Shown piece by piece: positions 11,080-21,233 of a stretch of DNA of 64,000 nt; the stretch's first letter is position 1, and each line of letters starts with the position of its first letter. The stretch is from an uncultured Marinosulfonomonas sp. Its GTDB lineage: Bacteria; Pseudomonadota; Alphaproteobacteria; Rhodobacterales; Rhodobacteraceae. Location: positions 6,330-70,329 of the forward strand of contig CAZIDQ010000001.1 of assembly GCA_964538015.1 (NCBI GenBank). Reading direction: 5' to 3'. The notes under the pieces were generated by a model. It was not told where the DNA came from and searched no databases. It saw only the letters and a program-made list of their open reading frames with translations. Made by a program: the position numbers and the translations under genes.

Positions 11080-12866
11080 TTGAGACCTACCGACTGCTTT
11101 GGCAGCTTTTATCCCCAACTGAAAAACGGCGCTTCGTACTGATCCTGATTATGGTTGCCTTTATGGCCGTGTTCGAAGCCGTTGGTGTCGCGATGCTGCT
11201 GCCATTCTTGCAGGTGCTTGCAAAACCGGAATCAATTCAGACCAACTCTACCTTACGCATGTTCTGGGAGTGGGGCGGCTTTACCAGCATCCAAAGCTAT
11301 ATCACCGCTCTGGGGTTGGCGGTTTTTGTGTTTATCGTCTTTAGTTTGGCATTTCGCGCGGCATCGACCTATGTGCTGATGCGGTTTTGCCTGATGCGCG
11401 CCTATTCCTGGGGCGCGCGCCTGCTGCAAAAATATCTTTATCAGCCCTATGTCTGGTTCCTGACACGCAACACCGCAGAATTAGGGCAGACAGTATTGTC
11501 CGAAATCGATGTCGTGGTGCAGCAAAGCCTGCTTCCGGCTGTTGTCCTTATTTCGCATACGCTTGTAGCCTTGCTGATTATCGGCGTGGTTTGCCTGATC
11601 GAGCCATGGATCGCGCTTGGTATCTTTGTCGTGCTGGGCGGCGGTTATATTGTGGTCTATTTCATGCTGCGCAAGAAACTGGAAAGCATTGGCAAGCAAC
11701 GGTATCAAACAAACAGGGCCCGTTTTCTGGTGGCACAAGAAGCAACCAGCGGTTTGAAAGAACTAAAAGTTATGGGCATTGAAGATGCCTTTATCAAACG
11801 GTTCCGTTTGCCTGCGCAAAACCTGGCACGCCACCAGACCAAAGGTCAAACATTCAGCAAACTTCCCCGCTTTGCGCTTGAAGGGCTGACCTATGGTGGC
11901 TTCATTATAATGGTGCTGGTGCTGCAAAGCAGGCAAGGTGCCGATATTGTTGATATGTTGCCGTTTCTGGGGTTGATCGGCATGGCTGGCTCCAAGCTGT
12001 TTCCGTCGCTTCAACAGATATATCAACAAATTAGTCAAATGCGCTTTTCCGGCCCGGCTTTGGTAACGCTTCATGATAATATAACCAATCTGAAAATCCC
12101 TGACGCAAGTCTTCGGGATGTTCCACCGCTTCATCTAGAAAAATCCTTTGAATTGCGGAATGTCACGTTTCACTACAACAAGGATGAAAAAGCAATTCTG
12201 GACAAGATATCGCTGACGTTCCCCAAAGGGGATACGATCGGAATTGTCGGAGGAACGGGTGCCGGGAAAACCACAGTGGTTGATCTGATCCTTGGGTTGC
12301 TAGAGCCGGATTCCGGAGAATTGATAGCTGACGGGATGGTTATCACAACTCAAAATATTCGGGCTTGGCAGAAAAATCTGGGTTATGTGCCGCAGCACAT
12401 ATTCCTGTCCGATTCCAGCGTGGCCGAAAACATCGCGTTCGGGGTTGAAAAGGAACTGATTGATCACGAGGCAGTCGAGCGGGCCGCGCGGATTGCCCAA
12501 CTGCACGATTTCGTCATGTCCGAGCTTCCGGACAGGTATGAAACCGAGGTTGGAGAAAAAGGTGTCCGACTGTCGGGTGGGCAACGCCAGCGGATCGGAA
12601 TTGCGCGCGCATTGTACTACAATCCCGAAATTCTGGTTTTTGATGAGGCAACATCCGCGCTGGATAATCTGACCGAGCAGGCATTGATCGACGCAGTCCA
12701 CAATATTGGTAAAACCAAAACCGTAATTATGATTGCTCACCGGCTAAGTACCGTCAAAGATTGTGACACAATTTTTCTGCTCGAGGCGGGAAAACTGATA
12801 GCCAAAGACAAATATGAAGAATTGATCGCCAGAAATGAAACATTCAAAAAAATGGCATTGGGCTAG
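11076..12866 (+). CDS. ABC exporter, fused permease/ATPase (PglK/Wzk-like lipid-linked glycan flippase)
   Basis: N-terminal TM domain; Walker A GGTGAGKT, LSGGQRQR signature, DEATSALD; located in a glycan cluster. Confidence 0.85.
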   Translation: MIETYRLLWQLLSPTEKRRFVLILIMVAFMAVFEAVGVAMLLPFLQVLAKPESIQTNSTLRMFWEWGGFTSIQSYITALGLAVFVFIVFSLAFRAASTYVLMRFCLMRAYSWGARLLQKYLYQPYVWFLTRNTAELGQTVLSEIDVVVQQSLLPAVVLISHTLVALLIIGVVCLIEPWIALGIFVVLGGGYIVVYFMLRKKLESIGKQRYQTNRARFLVAQEATSGLKELKVMGIEDAFIKRFRLPAQNLARHQTKGQTFSKLPRFALEGLTYGGFIIMVLVLQSRQGADIVDMLPFLGLIGMAGSKLFPSLQQIYQQISQMRFSGPALVTLHDNITNLKIPDASLRDVPPLHLEKSFELRNVTFHYNKDEKAILDKISLTFPKGDTIGIVGGTGAGKTTVVDLILGLLEPDSGELIADGMVITTQNIRAWQKNLGYVPQHIFLSDSSVAENIAFGVEKELIDHEAVERAARIAQLHDFVMSELPDRYETEVGEKGVRLSGGQRQRIGIARALYYNPEILVFDEATSALDNLTEQALIDAVHNIGKTKTVIMIAHRLSTVKDCDTIFLLEAGKLIAKDKYEELIARNETFKKMALG

Positions 12867-12892
12867 TATACAAGCAGGAGTGGAGGAGATTT

Positions 12893-13891
12893 GTGAGTTT
12901 TGAAGGAATGAGTGCTTGGAGGGCACCGAAAGGTGTGCGTTTACCTGATTTTATAATTTGCGGGGCAATGAAATGTGGCACAACCACTGTCCATTCCTTG
13001 TTAAATTCGCACCCAAGAATCAGTGTTGCCGAAGAAGAAATCCATTTTTACGATATTGATGACCATCTGGAGCACGGAGATTTTGTTTTTTTAAGAAAAG
13101 ATGCTTGGGCTTATCCAGATGTTAAAAAAGACCCCACATCCTATTGGAAGTGGTATTCAAAGTTTTTCGAAGGGTTTCCTGAAGAAAATCTTATTGGAGA
13201 AGATTCGACTGGATACCTACCTTCAGAAAAAGCTCTGCAACGGATATCCATTCAAGATAAACCAACTAAGATAATTGTGTGTCTTAGGAACCCAACAAGT
13301 CGCGCGTATTCGCAATATTACCACTTATTGCGTTCTGGCCGAGTGTTATTCAATTTTGAAGATACCGTGCTATACACCCCTGATTTTGTTCTGCGGCGCA
13401 GTATGTATTTTGAGCAGGTAAAGCGCCTTTTAAATTTTATCCCGAGAGAGCAAGTTTTTTTCTTTGTTCTGGAAGAATTTATAGCCGATGCCACCAAAGT
13501 TACCAAAACACTTATGGATTTTATTGGAGAGCCTTTTGACGATCTGCCCGCAGCATGGATGGATACGCATTCGAATGTTGGCGGGATTCCCAGATTTCCG
13601 CAATTACAAGTATCAATGAATAGATTATTGCGGCGGGCTGTATCCAATCGGTATCTCAACCACCTACCAATCTCTGATTATGCGCAAATTGGAGAAGTTG
13701 CTTACAAAATAGATTTAGGTACACGGCTGGTGAATAGAGCCCATAAAATGATCAATCCGATTATTGATGCTAAGCCACCCAAAATGAAAGCGAATACACG
13801 AGCCTATCTTGACCAGTATTTTAAACGCGAGCTTGAGGGTTTGGATGAACTAATAGGTATACCCGTTGTTAAAAAGTGGTTTCCGGAATGA
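12893..13891 (+). CDS. PAPS-dependent sulfotransferase
   Basis: PDFIICGAMKCGTT (5'-PSB loop) and RNPTSRAYSQY (3'-PB) motifs. Confidence 0.9.
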   Translation: MSFEGMSAWRAPKGVRLPDFIICGAMKCGTTTVHSLLNSHPRISVAEEEIHFYDIDDHLEHGDFVFLRKDAWAYPDVKKDPTSYWKWYSKFFEGFPEENLIGEDSTGYLPSEKALQRISIQDKPTKIIVCLRNPTSRAYSQYYHLLRSGRVLFNFEDTVLYTPDFVLRRSMYFEQVKRLLNFIPREQVFFFVLEEFIADATKVTKTLMDFIGEPFDDLPAAWMDTHSNVGGIPRFPQLQVSMNRLLRRAVSNRYLNHLPISDYAQIGEVAYKIDLGTRLVNRAHKMINPIIDAKPPKMKANTRAYLDQYFKRELEGLDELIGIPVVKKWFPE

Positions 13892-13943
13892 GTCTTTTGG
13901 GCGGCATTCGAGAGGGCTTAAATCTGAACAAGAGAAGCCTAGC

Positions 13944-15008
13944 CTACTTCCCTAAACGCTTTTTAATGTAAGCTTTTAATATGGATTTCCCGTTTCCCGT
14001 CAGATCAATAAAGGTATTCGTGCGTTGTTTGTGCTCTGCAATGCGGGTTATTGGAACCGGGTTATACTCGGATTTATACTTGTAGATATTGTATTTGTTG
14101 TCATTGGAATTCGTTGCAACTCGATATCCTTCGACATCAAGTTTTGTGCAACCGTGCGCACGTGCCCATTTCATGCCTTCCAGCCAGAGAAATGGTGCAA
14201 TTCTAAGGTTCCCTAACTTACGAAGAAGTTCTGGTTCTGTTGTAAAATGGCGGCCATGAGCGACATCCTTGCTGCGATAAAGAAGTAGACCGCTCGTCAA
14301 TGTATCCGAATGGAACGCCCCTAGGATTACTCCGGTATCCCCAGTTTTATAGATTGACCCAAAGCTTTCCAGAAAGCCTGCCTTGCCAATAGCAGGTAAT
14401 CCACGGTTGGTTCGCAATCGGTTCAAACTGTCAAGGAAATCAAGGGCAATACCACTGTCCGTGATAGTTGAAAGCTGAATATCCTGCCTTCCCGCCCGCC
14501 TTACTTCCCGGCGAGCGCTTTTCGAGAAACTGGCAAATATTTGTTCAGGAAGCGGAGTGATATCCACCCAACCGGTTTGCCTGCACGGCTCAGGGTCAGC
14601 AAGGGTCCAACCCCGATTGGCCAATACCTTGGCCAAAGTTTCACCCTCATTGGCCATCCAATAGGGTGTTATCTTCACCTGTCCGACGCGCTTTAGCATT
14701 GGATGCAAGACAAGGGAGTCCATAAAATCACCAAGCTGTTCAGAGTGGTCGCATACTGGTCCGCTTAGGCATAATGCGCTGGAGTGACACTTTGGTAAAA
14801 GCTTATGAGGGGATAAGGTAAAAAGACCGATGGCGCACAGCTTTTCATTCTGTCGCCCCATCGCAAACAGGATGTCTGCACCTTCTGCTCGCTCAATATC
14901 GGCAAAACGAAGGTCTTGACGTGGGTGTTGGTGATCTGCGTCAGACAGAAATTCTTGCCATTCTGTGGCGTGTTCCGCAGACAGGAATTTGTAGCATTCT
15001 ACTTGCAT
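13944..15008 (-). CDS. FemAB/FemX-like GNAT-fold transferase
   Basis: GPV, FSKSARREVRRA, LWLEGMKWARAHGCTKLD and IYKYK motifs of the tandem-GNAT Fem family. Confidence 0.75.
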   Translation of the reverse strand: MQVECYKFLSAEHATEWQEFLSDADHQHPRQDLRFADIERAEGADILFAMGRQNEKLCAIGLFTLSPHKLLPKCHSSALCLSGPVCDHSEQLGDFMDSLVLHPMLKRVGQVKITPYWMANEGETLAKVLANRGWTLADPEPCRQTGWVDITPLPEQIFASFSKSARREVRRAGRQDIQLSTITDSGIALDFLDSLNRLRTNRGLPAIGKAGFLESFGSIYKTGDTGVILGAFHSDTLTSGLLLYRSKDVAHGRHFTTEPELLRKLGNLRIAPFLWLEGMKWARAHGCTKLDVEGYRVATNSNDNKYNIYKYKSEYNPVPITRIAEHKQRTNTFIDLTGNGKSILKAYIKKRLGK

Positions 15009-15134
15009 ATTGTCTCCGACGCTTACTTAATGTGGTTGCTTTGCCGTAACGCATTAAGTGACATTGCGCAGAGCGTTAGGTATGCTGTAAGTGTTTCTAA
15101 ATTCAGATTTTGGTTTCAATAGATAGTTTATATT

Positions 15135-16112
15135 ATGGAATACTCCAACAATGCTCCAGCATTAATAGAAGATGAAGTCAGGGTTTCTGTCATTATTGTA
15201 AACTGGAACACTCTGGATTTGTTGCGCGATTGCATCCGCTCGGTCATGGCAGAAACGAAATCACCTTACGAGATTATCGTCGTGGACAATGCCAGCAGCG
15301 ATGATTCGGCAGCTATGGTGCAATCAGAATTTCCGGATGCAATTCTAATTGCGAACCAAAAGAACATGGGGTTTGCTGGTGCGAACAATCAAGGTTTGGG
15401 AATTGCTAGCGGTCAGTCGGTTTTGTTACTTAATCCTGATACTATTGTCCTTGATCGTGCGATTGACAAAATGCTGGACTGGCTAAATGCACATAATGAT
15501 GTTGGTTGTGTCGGTTGTCAGGTTCTTGAAGGGCCGGGCATCATCCAGCGCACCTGTTTTGCCGATCCGGGCCCAGCAAACCTGGTGATTGTCGAACTTG
15601 GGTTGATGCGGTTGGCAAAATACATTCGTTTCTTTGGGCGCCCCTGGTACACTTGGTGGGATCGGTGTTCCAGCCGCGATGTGGACGTGGTATCAGGTAT
15701 GTTTATGTTGGTGCCGCGTAATGTTCTTGAACAGGTCGGGCCACTGGATGATGCGTTTTTCATCTACGCCGAAGAGGCGGACTGGTGCCGCAGAATTCGC
15801 AGTGCCGGTTGGCGTTGCGTCTTCACCCCTGAGGCACAAATCATCCATTTGGATGGTGGATCAAAAAGTACATCCCAGATCAGATCCAAAATGTATGTGC
15901 AAATGCAAAAAAGCCATTTGATTTACGTGCGAAAACACTATGGCTGGCCGGGCTTTTTGGCAGTTAAGGCTTTGTTTGTTTTTTCGGCTATAGGGCGTTT
16001 CTGCCTATTCGGTGTTTTGCAAATGTTGCGGCCTAATCAAAACACCCGCGCCAGAGTGCGATTGTCGCTGGCAACATTGCGCTATCATATTATTGGGCAG
16101 GAGCCGGGTTAG
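15135..16112 (+). CDS. Glycosyltransferase family 2 (rhamnosyltransferase-like)
   Basis: VSVIIVNWN, VVDNASSD, NMGFAGANN, LLNPD and FFIYAEEADWC motifs. Confidence 0.9.
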   Translation: MEYSNNAPALIEDEVRVSVIIVNWNTLDLLRDCIRSVMAETKSPYEIIVVDNASSDDSAAMVQSEFPDAILIANQKNMGFAGANNQGLGIASGQSVLLLNPDTIVLDRAIDKMLDWLNAHNDVGCVGCQVLEGPGIIQRTCFADPGPANLVIVELGLMRLAKYIRFFGRPWYTWWDRCSSRDVDVVSGMFMLVPRNVLEQVGPLDDAFFIYAEEADWCRRIRSAGWRCVFTPEAQIIHLDGGSKSTSQIRSKMYVQMQKSHLIYVRKHYGWPGFLAVKALFVFSAIGRFCLFGVLQMLRPNQNTRARVRLSLATLRYHIIGQEPG

Positions 16113-17314
16113 TGCGAACGAGAACTGTAACTATACGCTCTCTAAAAGAGGCGATGTCGTATGCCGGAGAATGGGACGAGCTAATTAGCGCATCTGGCGC
16201 TGATATCTATTTTAAACGGGAGTGGTTGTCAGTTTGGTGGGCCCATTTCGGGCAGGGACGAGATCTGTTTTTTTTCCTTGTGTATTGTGATGACAATCTT
16301 GTCGCTTTCCTGCCCTTATATACTGAAAAGCATTACCCCTGTTTATTGCCTGTACGTGTGGCAAGGCTGGCTGGCCCGATCCATTACTTTGCGGTGTTAA
16401 AGATGCCAATACTTCGCGGGTATGAGCAAATGGTAACTGATTTTTTGCTCGATCAGGCTTTGGTTGCCACGGATAGTCATGCCATTGTTCTTTCACCGCT
16501 TTCCGGCAAGTATACAGACCTTTTATATAGTCCAGAAACCAGCATAAAACCGGTTCGTGATACTATCGTTCAAAACGAAATAATCGCTGAGCACACAGTA
16601 ATTTCTCTGCCCAATTCTTTTGAAGAATACATGGGCGGGCTCTCCAGAAAGCGGCGTGTCAAATACCGAAAATCAAAAGAACGAATTGAAACAGTTCAGA
16701 AAATAGGAACCGAGGTTTTGGAAGGCGCGGCTAGCGCTGGCTTTATCAATGAATTTATCACAAGGCATACAGCCCAATGGCAAACCACCGGCCGTGCCGG
16801 GCACTTTGGAGATTGGCCTGATAATGCAGCTTTTTATTATGATCTTCTGGAAAGGATTGAGTCAGGAAATAACGCAAGGTTTTATATTCAACGCGATGAA
16901 AAGGGTGAATTCGTTTCTGCCCAATTCTGCTTGGTGCACGGCACAAATTGTATTGCTTTGCTTACAGCGCGGGATATGAGTCCGGAAATAGCGGCTCTTG
17001 GGGTTGGCCAGTATGGCCAGTTTGAAAGAATTCAAAGGCTTGTTCAAGAAGGCATTGCGCAAATTGACAGTGGAACTGGATTGTATGCCCATAAGCTTAG
17101 TTTAGGAGCGGAAATGATACCTGTACGCAGGGTAATCCTTTTTGAAAACACATTGCCTTCCAAAATTCGGGTAAATGCATTGCTGGTGTGGGCATGGTTT
17201 CTGGATTTGGTTTACTATCGCATCTGGTTCAAAAAACTTGCGCCAAGGGTGCGAAAACTGACGGGTCGGCGTCCGCGCGCATTGTGGAAATCCTGGATAC
17301 GGACGCGGTTTTGA
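16112..17314 (+). CDS. GNAT family N-acyltransferase (CelD/BcsL-like)
   Basis: WLSVWWAHF, LPNSFEEYMGGLSRKRR and IDSGTGLYAHKLSLG motifs; GTG overlaps the upstream stop. Confidence 0.75.
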   Translation: MRTRTVTIRSLKEAMSYAGEWDELISASGADIYFKREWLSVWWAHFGQGRDLFFFLVYCDDNLVAFLPLYTEKHYPCLLPVRVARLAGPIHYFAVLKMPILRGYEQMVTDFLLDQALVATDSHAIVLSPLSGKYTDLLYSPETSIKPVRDTIVQNEIIAEHTVISLPNSFEEYMGGLSRKRRVKYRKSKERIETVQKIGTEVLEGAASAGFINEFITRHTAQWQTTGRAGHFGDWPDNAAFYYDLLERIESGNNARFYIQRDEKGEFVSAQFCLVHGTNCIALLTARDMSPEIAALGVGQYGQFERIQRLVQEGIAQIDSGTGLYAHKLSLGAEMIPVRRVILFENTLPSKIRVNALLVWAWFLDLVYYRIWFKKLAPRVRKLTGRRPRALWKSWIRTRF

Positions 17315-17316
17315 AC

Positions 17317-18357
17317 ATGGGAAATGCAAGTGTCACCCTACGATTCGTTTCGAATGCAGAATGGCCCGAACTGGCTGGCCGGTTTCAGGATTTCAGTTTT
17401 GAACAAAGCCTGTCCTACTCTGCGGCGGCCGCTGCACAGATTGGCGGGAAGGTGCGGTTTGTACTGCTGGAACAGGACGGCACTGTGGTTGCTGCCGCCA
17501 GCGTCCGGATTAAAACCGTCCCCGGGTTTCGGCGCGGCATTGCATGGATCGCATCCGGCCCGTTGATGCTGCTGTCCGGCGGGGCGTTGCCGGACGATGA
17601 TCTACAGCTTGAAATTCTGAATGCACTGCACCGGCAGTTTGTCAAAAAAGAAGGCCATATCCTGCGCCTTCGGTTCCCCGCCCTTGCCTTTCATGCACCC
17701 GACCATATGGCACAGATTGCAGCCAAGGCCGGTTTTATGCCAACCAGCCGCGCATCCGCCTATCGCAGCATTGCTATTGATCTGGGGCCGGACGAAGATG
17801 CCCTGATGAAGCAGTTGAACGGCAAATGGCGCACTGATCTGCGCTATGCTTTCAAATCCGGCATTACGCTGGAAAAGGGCAACAATCCCGACCTGATCGC
17901 GCGTTTTATGGTTCTGTTCGAGGAAATCCAGAGCGCCAAGAATTTCCGCCCCGATATTACACCCGAATTTCATTTTGCCCTGTCTGGCCCAGATTTTAAG
18001 CACGACATTCTGATTGCAACAAAAGACGGTCAGGACCTTGGCGGCATTGTGATCGGCACTTGTGGCAAAACAGCGGTTTATCTGTTTGGCGCAACATCAG
18101 ATGCGGGGCGCCGTTTGCGGGCGGGATATTTTCTAACCTGGAGCGGGATATCCATATCGCGGGAACGCGGGCTGGACTGGTATGATCTGGGCGGTGTTGA
18201 CGCCGATGCCAACCCCAGTGTCGCCCGTTTCAAGCAACGTATGAATGCAACATCTATCGAGGCCGCAGGCCCGTTCGAGGCCCGCCCCGGCGGTGTATTT
18301 CCAAAACTGGTTTCGGGGCTGGAAACCCTGCGCGCGCGGCTAAAGGCAAAGGGATAA
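17317..18357 (+). CDS. FemAB/FemX-like GNAT-fold transferase
   Basis: GPL, LNGKWRTDLRYA, AVYLFGAT and WYDLGGVD..NPSVARFK motifs; ATG at 17317. Confidence 0.8.
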   Translation: MGNASVTLRFVSNAEWPELAGRFQDFSFEQSLSYSAAAAAQIGGKVRFVLLEQDGTVVAAASVRIKTVPGFRRGIAWIASGPLMLLSGGALPDDDLQLEILNALHRQFVKKEGHILRLRFPALAFHAPDHMAQIAAKAGFMPTSRASAYRSIAIDLGPDEDALMKQLNGKWRTDLRYAFKSGITLEKGNNPDLIARFMVLFEEIQSAKNFRPDITPEFHFALSGPDFKHDILIATKDGQDLGGIVIGTCGKTAVYLFGATSDAGRRLRAGYFLTWSGISISRERGLDWYDLGGVDADANPSVARFKQRMNATSIEAAGPFEARPGGVFPKLVSGLETLRARLKAKG

Positions 18358-18366
18358 GGTGGCACT

Positions 18367-19038
18367 ATGGCGGCAACACATATCGGGCTGATTTTCCACG
18401 GGATAGGTGATCCACAACGCAAGTTGGAAGCGGGCGAAGCGCCCTACTGGATTAGCGTCAAGAAATTTGAAACGATCCTTGCGATGATCCAGAAATTGCC
18501 CGCACCAGAAAGGATCCGCATCAGTTTTGATGATGGTAATCTGTCCGATCACGACATTGCATTGCCCCGGCTGGTTGAACGCGGGCTTACAGCAGATTTC
18601 TTTCCTTTGTTTGGCAGGGTTGGGCAGGCCGGTTCGTTGAATGCATCGCACATCAGGGCGCTAGAGGCAGCAGGGATGCGGGTCGGTAGCCACGGTGTTG
18701 CGCATGTGAACTGGAGTATGCTGGACGCCGGTGCCCTAAAGAACGAGTTGCAACAATCCCGCGTAGGTCTGGGGGCAATTTGCAGCCATCCAGTGACCGC
18801 CGCGGCGATCCCCTTTGGTGGGTACAACGGAAATGTGCTGCGCCAGCTTCGGGAAGAGGGGTATACGGCAGCCTATACCAGTGATGGTGGCCGGATGAAT
18901 CCCTCGGCTTTTCTACGGCCCCGCAAATCGGTTCGGGAGGATATGACAGAGCAGGATTTGCGCGCACATCTTACCGGGAAAATGGGTATCCGCTCACGGG
19001 TGCGTCGTATGATTGGTATGGTTAAACGGCGCATGTGA
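18367..19038 (+). CDS. Polysaccharide deacetylase (CE4/NodB-like)
   Basis: ISFDDG, VGSHGVAH and AIPFG motifs. Confidence 0.88.
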   Translation: MAATHIGLIFHGIGDPQRKLEAGEAPYWISVKKFETILAMIQKLPAPERIRISFDDGNLSDHDIALPRLVERGLTADFFPLFGRVGQAGSLNASHIRALEAAGMRVGSHGVAHVNWSMLDAGALKNELQQSRVGLGAICSHPVTAAAIPFGGYNGNVLRQLREEGYTAAYTSDGGRMNPSAFLRPRKSVREDMTEQDLRAHLTGKMGIRSRVRRMIGMVKRRM

Positions 19039-19054
19039 CGCGTGCGGGCGCCCC

Positions 19055-20041
19055 TTAGTGTTGCTTGCGCCAGCGGAATGAAAAATTGTTTGGGCGGATC
19101 AAGTGAAGCAATGGCAGGATAGGTAGCCGGAGCAACCAATGCCAGTTTTTCCCTTTGACCAATGTGCCAAAATGACGAACGTACAGCATATATGCAGCGC
19201 CGATGTTTCCCGAGGCGAATGCCTTTAGAATAGTGTAGGCTGTGGAACCTGCCAGAAAAACCCGCCGCTTCTTATTGTCAATCGGACTGTCTGGATAACG
19301 GCCCGACTTGTCCTGCTGTAAAAGAAATTGCAAACCTTCATTCACCCCTCTGAAATCCGAGGTCAGATTGGTTCCCCCGCCAGTTTCAATGGCAACCATA
19401 TCCGGCGACGTGATGACCAAGCATTGGTGCGGTGTAAAAAGACGCAAGAAGAGGTCTGTATCTTCGGCGCAGCGTAAGTTGGGATTAAACCCCCCTACAA
19501 GGGCAAAGGCTTTGCGGGAAATAATTGCAGTTCCAGACCCAAAGCGTGTGCTGTTTTCGCAAATAGTCGCATCAATAAAACTATCGAATTTCCGAGTTTG
19601 CAGCGGGCTGCGGACAGGGTTTCGGGGTGGGTTGCCAAATTCAAAATCGAGATTTTGCAGAAAGATTATTGTGGGGTGATCACCCTCTTTTCCGCTTTTG
19701 ATCAATACATCAAGGCAGGTTTCCGATGTCCACTCAAGCCAGAAGTCATCGGCATCCAGAAAGGCCAGATAACGCCCCTTTGCCCGCTTTGCGCCGGTAT
19801 TTCTGGCACCCCCGGGTCCGGAATTCGGTTGCTGCAGAACAACGCCGTTTTCGATGCCGGAATCCTGCATGGCCTGTATGGCCGTTTCATATGTCGCGTC
19901 GGTTGATCCGTCGTCGACAACGATTACTTCGAGAGGTTTGCCAGCGTTCGTGCCAATGCTTAGAATTGCCCTCGCAATCGTTTCCTGGCTATTCCAGGCC
20001 GGAATAATGATGGAAATTAGCGGTGCATTCTCAATATTCAA
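19055..20041 (-). CDS. Glycosyltransferase family 2
   Basis: ISIIIPAWN, VVDDGSTD, ARNTG, FLDADD and AEDTDL motifs. Confidence 0.9.
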   Translation of the reverse strand: MNIENAPLISIIIPAWNSQETIARAILSIGTNAGKPLEVIVVDDGSTDATYETAIQAMQDSGIENGVVLQQPNSGPGGARNTGAKRAKGRYLAFLDADDFWLEWTSETCLDVLIKSGKEGDHPTIIFLQNLDFEFGNPPRNPVRSPLQTRKFDSFIDATICENSTRFGSGTAIISRKAFALVGGFNPNLRCAEDTDLFLRLFTPHQCLVITSPDMVAIETGGGTNLTSDFRGVNEGLQFLLQQDKSGRYPDSPIDNKKRRVFLAGSTAYTILKAFASGNIGAAYMLYVRHFGTLVKGKNWHWLLRLPILPLLHLIRPNNFSFRWRKQH

Positions 20042-20297
20042 AACTCAAAAGCCATTTGGTGGTTCGCGGTTAGTATTAAAGCAGGGCGGCTTAATGCGCC
20101 ATCCATGGCAACAGGCTACATCAATGCATGCATCACATGCTTGGATATTTCGGCGTTGCAGCGGCATTGCATCGCTATGGATATTCACGTAATCGTGGTG
20201 AGGTATCAAGGGGGGCTGTTGTTTTTCAGGGAGGTATATTTACCGACGTTTGCCTTTTGCAAATCCCCGGCAATTTTTTAAGGCGCAAAGAATTCTT

Positions 20298-21200
20298 ATG
20301 ATCACGGTCATTGTTCCACATCTTAACCAACCGGAAAAGCTAGAGTTGTGTCTGAAATCCCTTGCTTCGGGAAGCCTAATTGCCGATGAAATCATTGTTG
20401 TTGATAATGGCTCCGAGAGTATGCCGCGAAGCGTTTGCGACAACTACCCGAATGTGGAGCTAATGCAAGAATTAGAGCCCGGCCCCGGCCCGGCTCGAAA
20501 CCGTGGAATTTCCGTCGCAAAAGGGGAAATTTTGGCATTTATTGATGCGGATTGTGTTGCTGACCCCGCGTGGTTGCAGAGTGCCAGAATGAGAATTGCA
20601 CAAGGCGCAGAAATACTTGGGGGGGATGTTCGAATTTTGCACCGCGTATCAGGGCAGCCGGATATCTGGGAGGCATACGAGAGCGAATTTGCTTATCGGA
20701 TGGAGCATTACATTCGCCAACAAGGATTTACGGGCACAGGCAATCTGGTGGTTCGCGCAACAGTGATGGCTGAGGTTGGCCCATTTGCCGGGATTGGCAT
20801 GGCTGAGGATCGTGATTGGGGCCAACGCGCTACTTCGTTAGGCCACAAGATTGATTGGGTGCCTGAAATGGTTGTCTATCACCCTGCGCGCGAAGACTTT
20901 TCTGAACTTGCGCGCAAATGGGACCGACATGTTGCCCATGATTTTGTGCTTTTTGCAGCACGTCCAATGGGGCGGTTAAAATGGGCTACTCGGAGTTTGT
21001 TGATGATAGCATCACCTTTTGCTTCAATTCCCAGGATAATGCGTTCGAAGCGCATCGAGGGAGGAGGTTTTAGTAAACTAAAAGCATTTATGGGCCTTAT
21101 TCGAGTGCGGTTGTATCGTGCACGTCGGATGTTAGGGGTCTTGTTATTTGCGGATAAAACCGGTGGCGGCTTGGAAAACCGCTGGCGGGAAAAACCCTGA
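20298..21200 (+). CDS. Glycosyltransferase family 2
   Basis: ITVIVPHLN, VVDNGS, PARNRG, FIDADC and AEDRDW motifs. Confidence 0.9.
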   Translation: MITVIVPHLNQPEKLELCLKSLASGSLIADEIIVVDNGSESMPRSVCDNYPNVELMQELEPGPGPARNRGISVAKGEILAFIDADCVADPAWLQSARMRIAQGAEILGGDVRILHRVSGQPDIWEAYESEFAYRMEHYIRQQGFTGTGNLVVRATVMAEVGPFAGIGMAEDRDWGQRATSLGHKIDWVPEMVVYHPAREDFSELARKWDRHVAHDFVLFAARPMGRLKWATRSLLMIASPFASIPRIMRSKRIEGGGFSKLKAFMGLIRVRLYRARRMLGVLLFADKTGGGLENRWREKP

Positions 21201-21233
21201 AAAGGGCTTGGCAGGGAAAGGTTGGTCCGGGTT

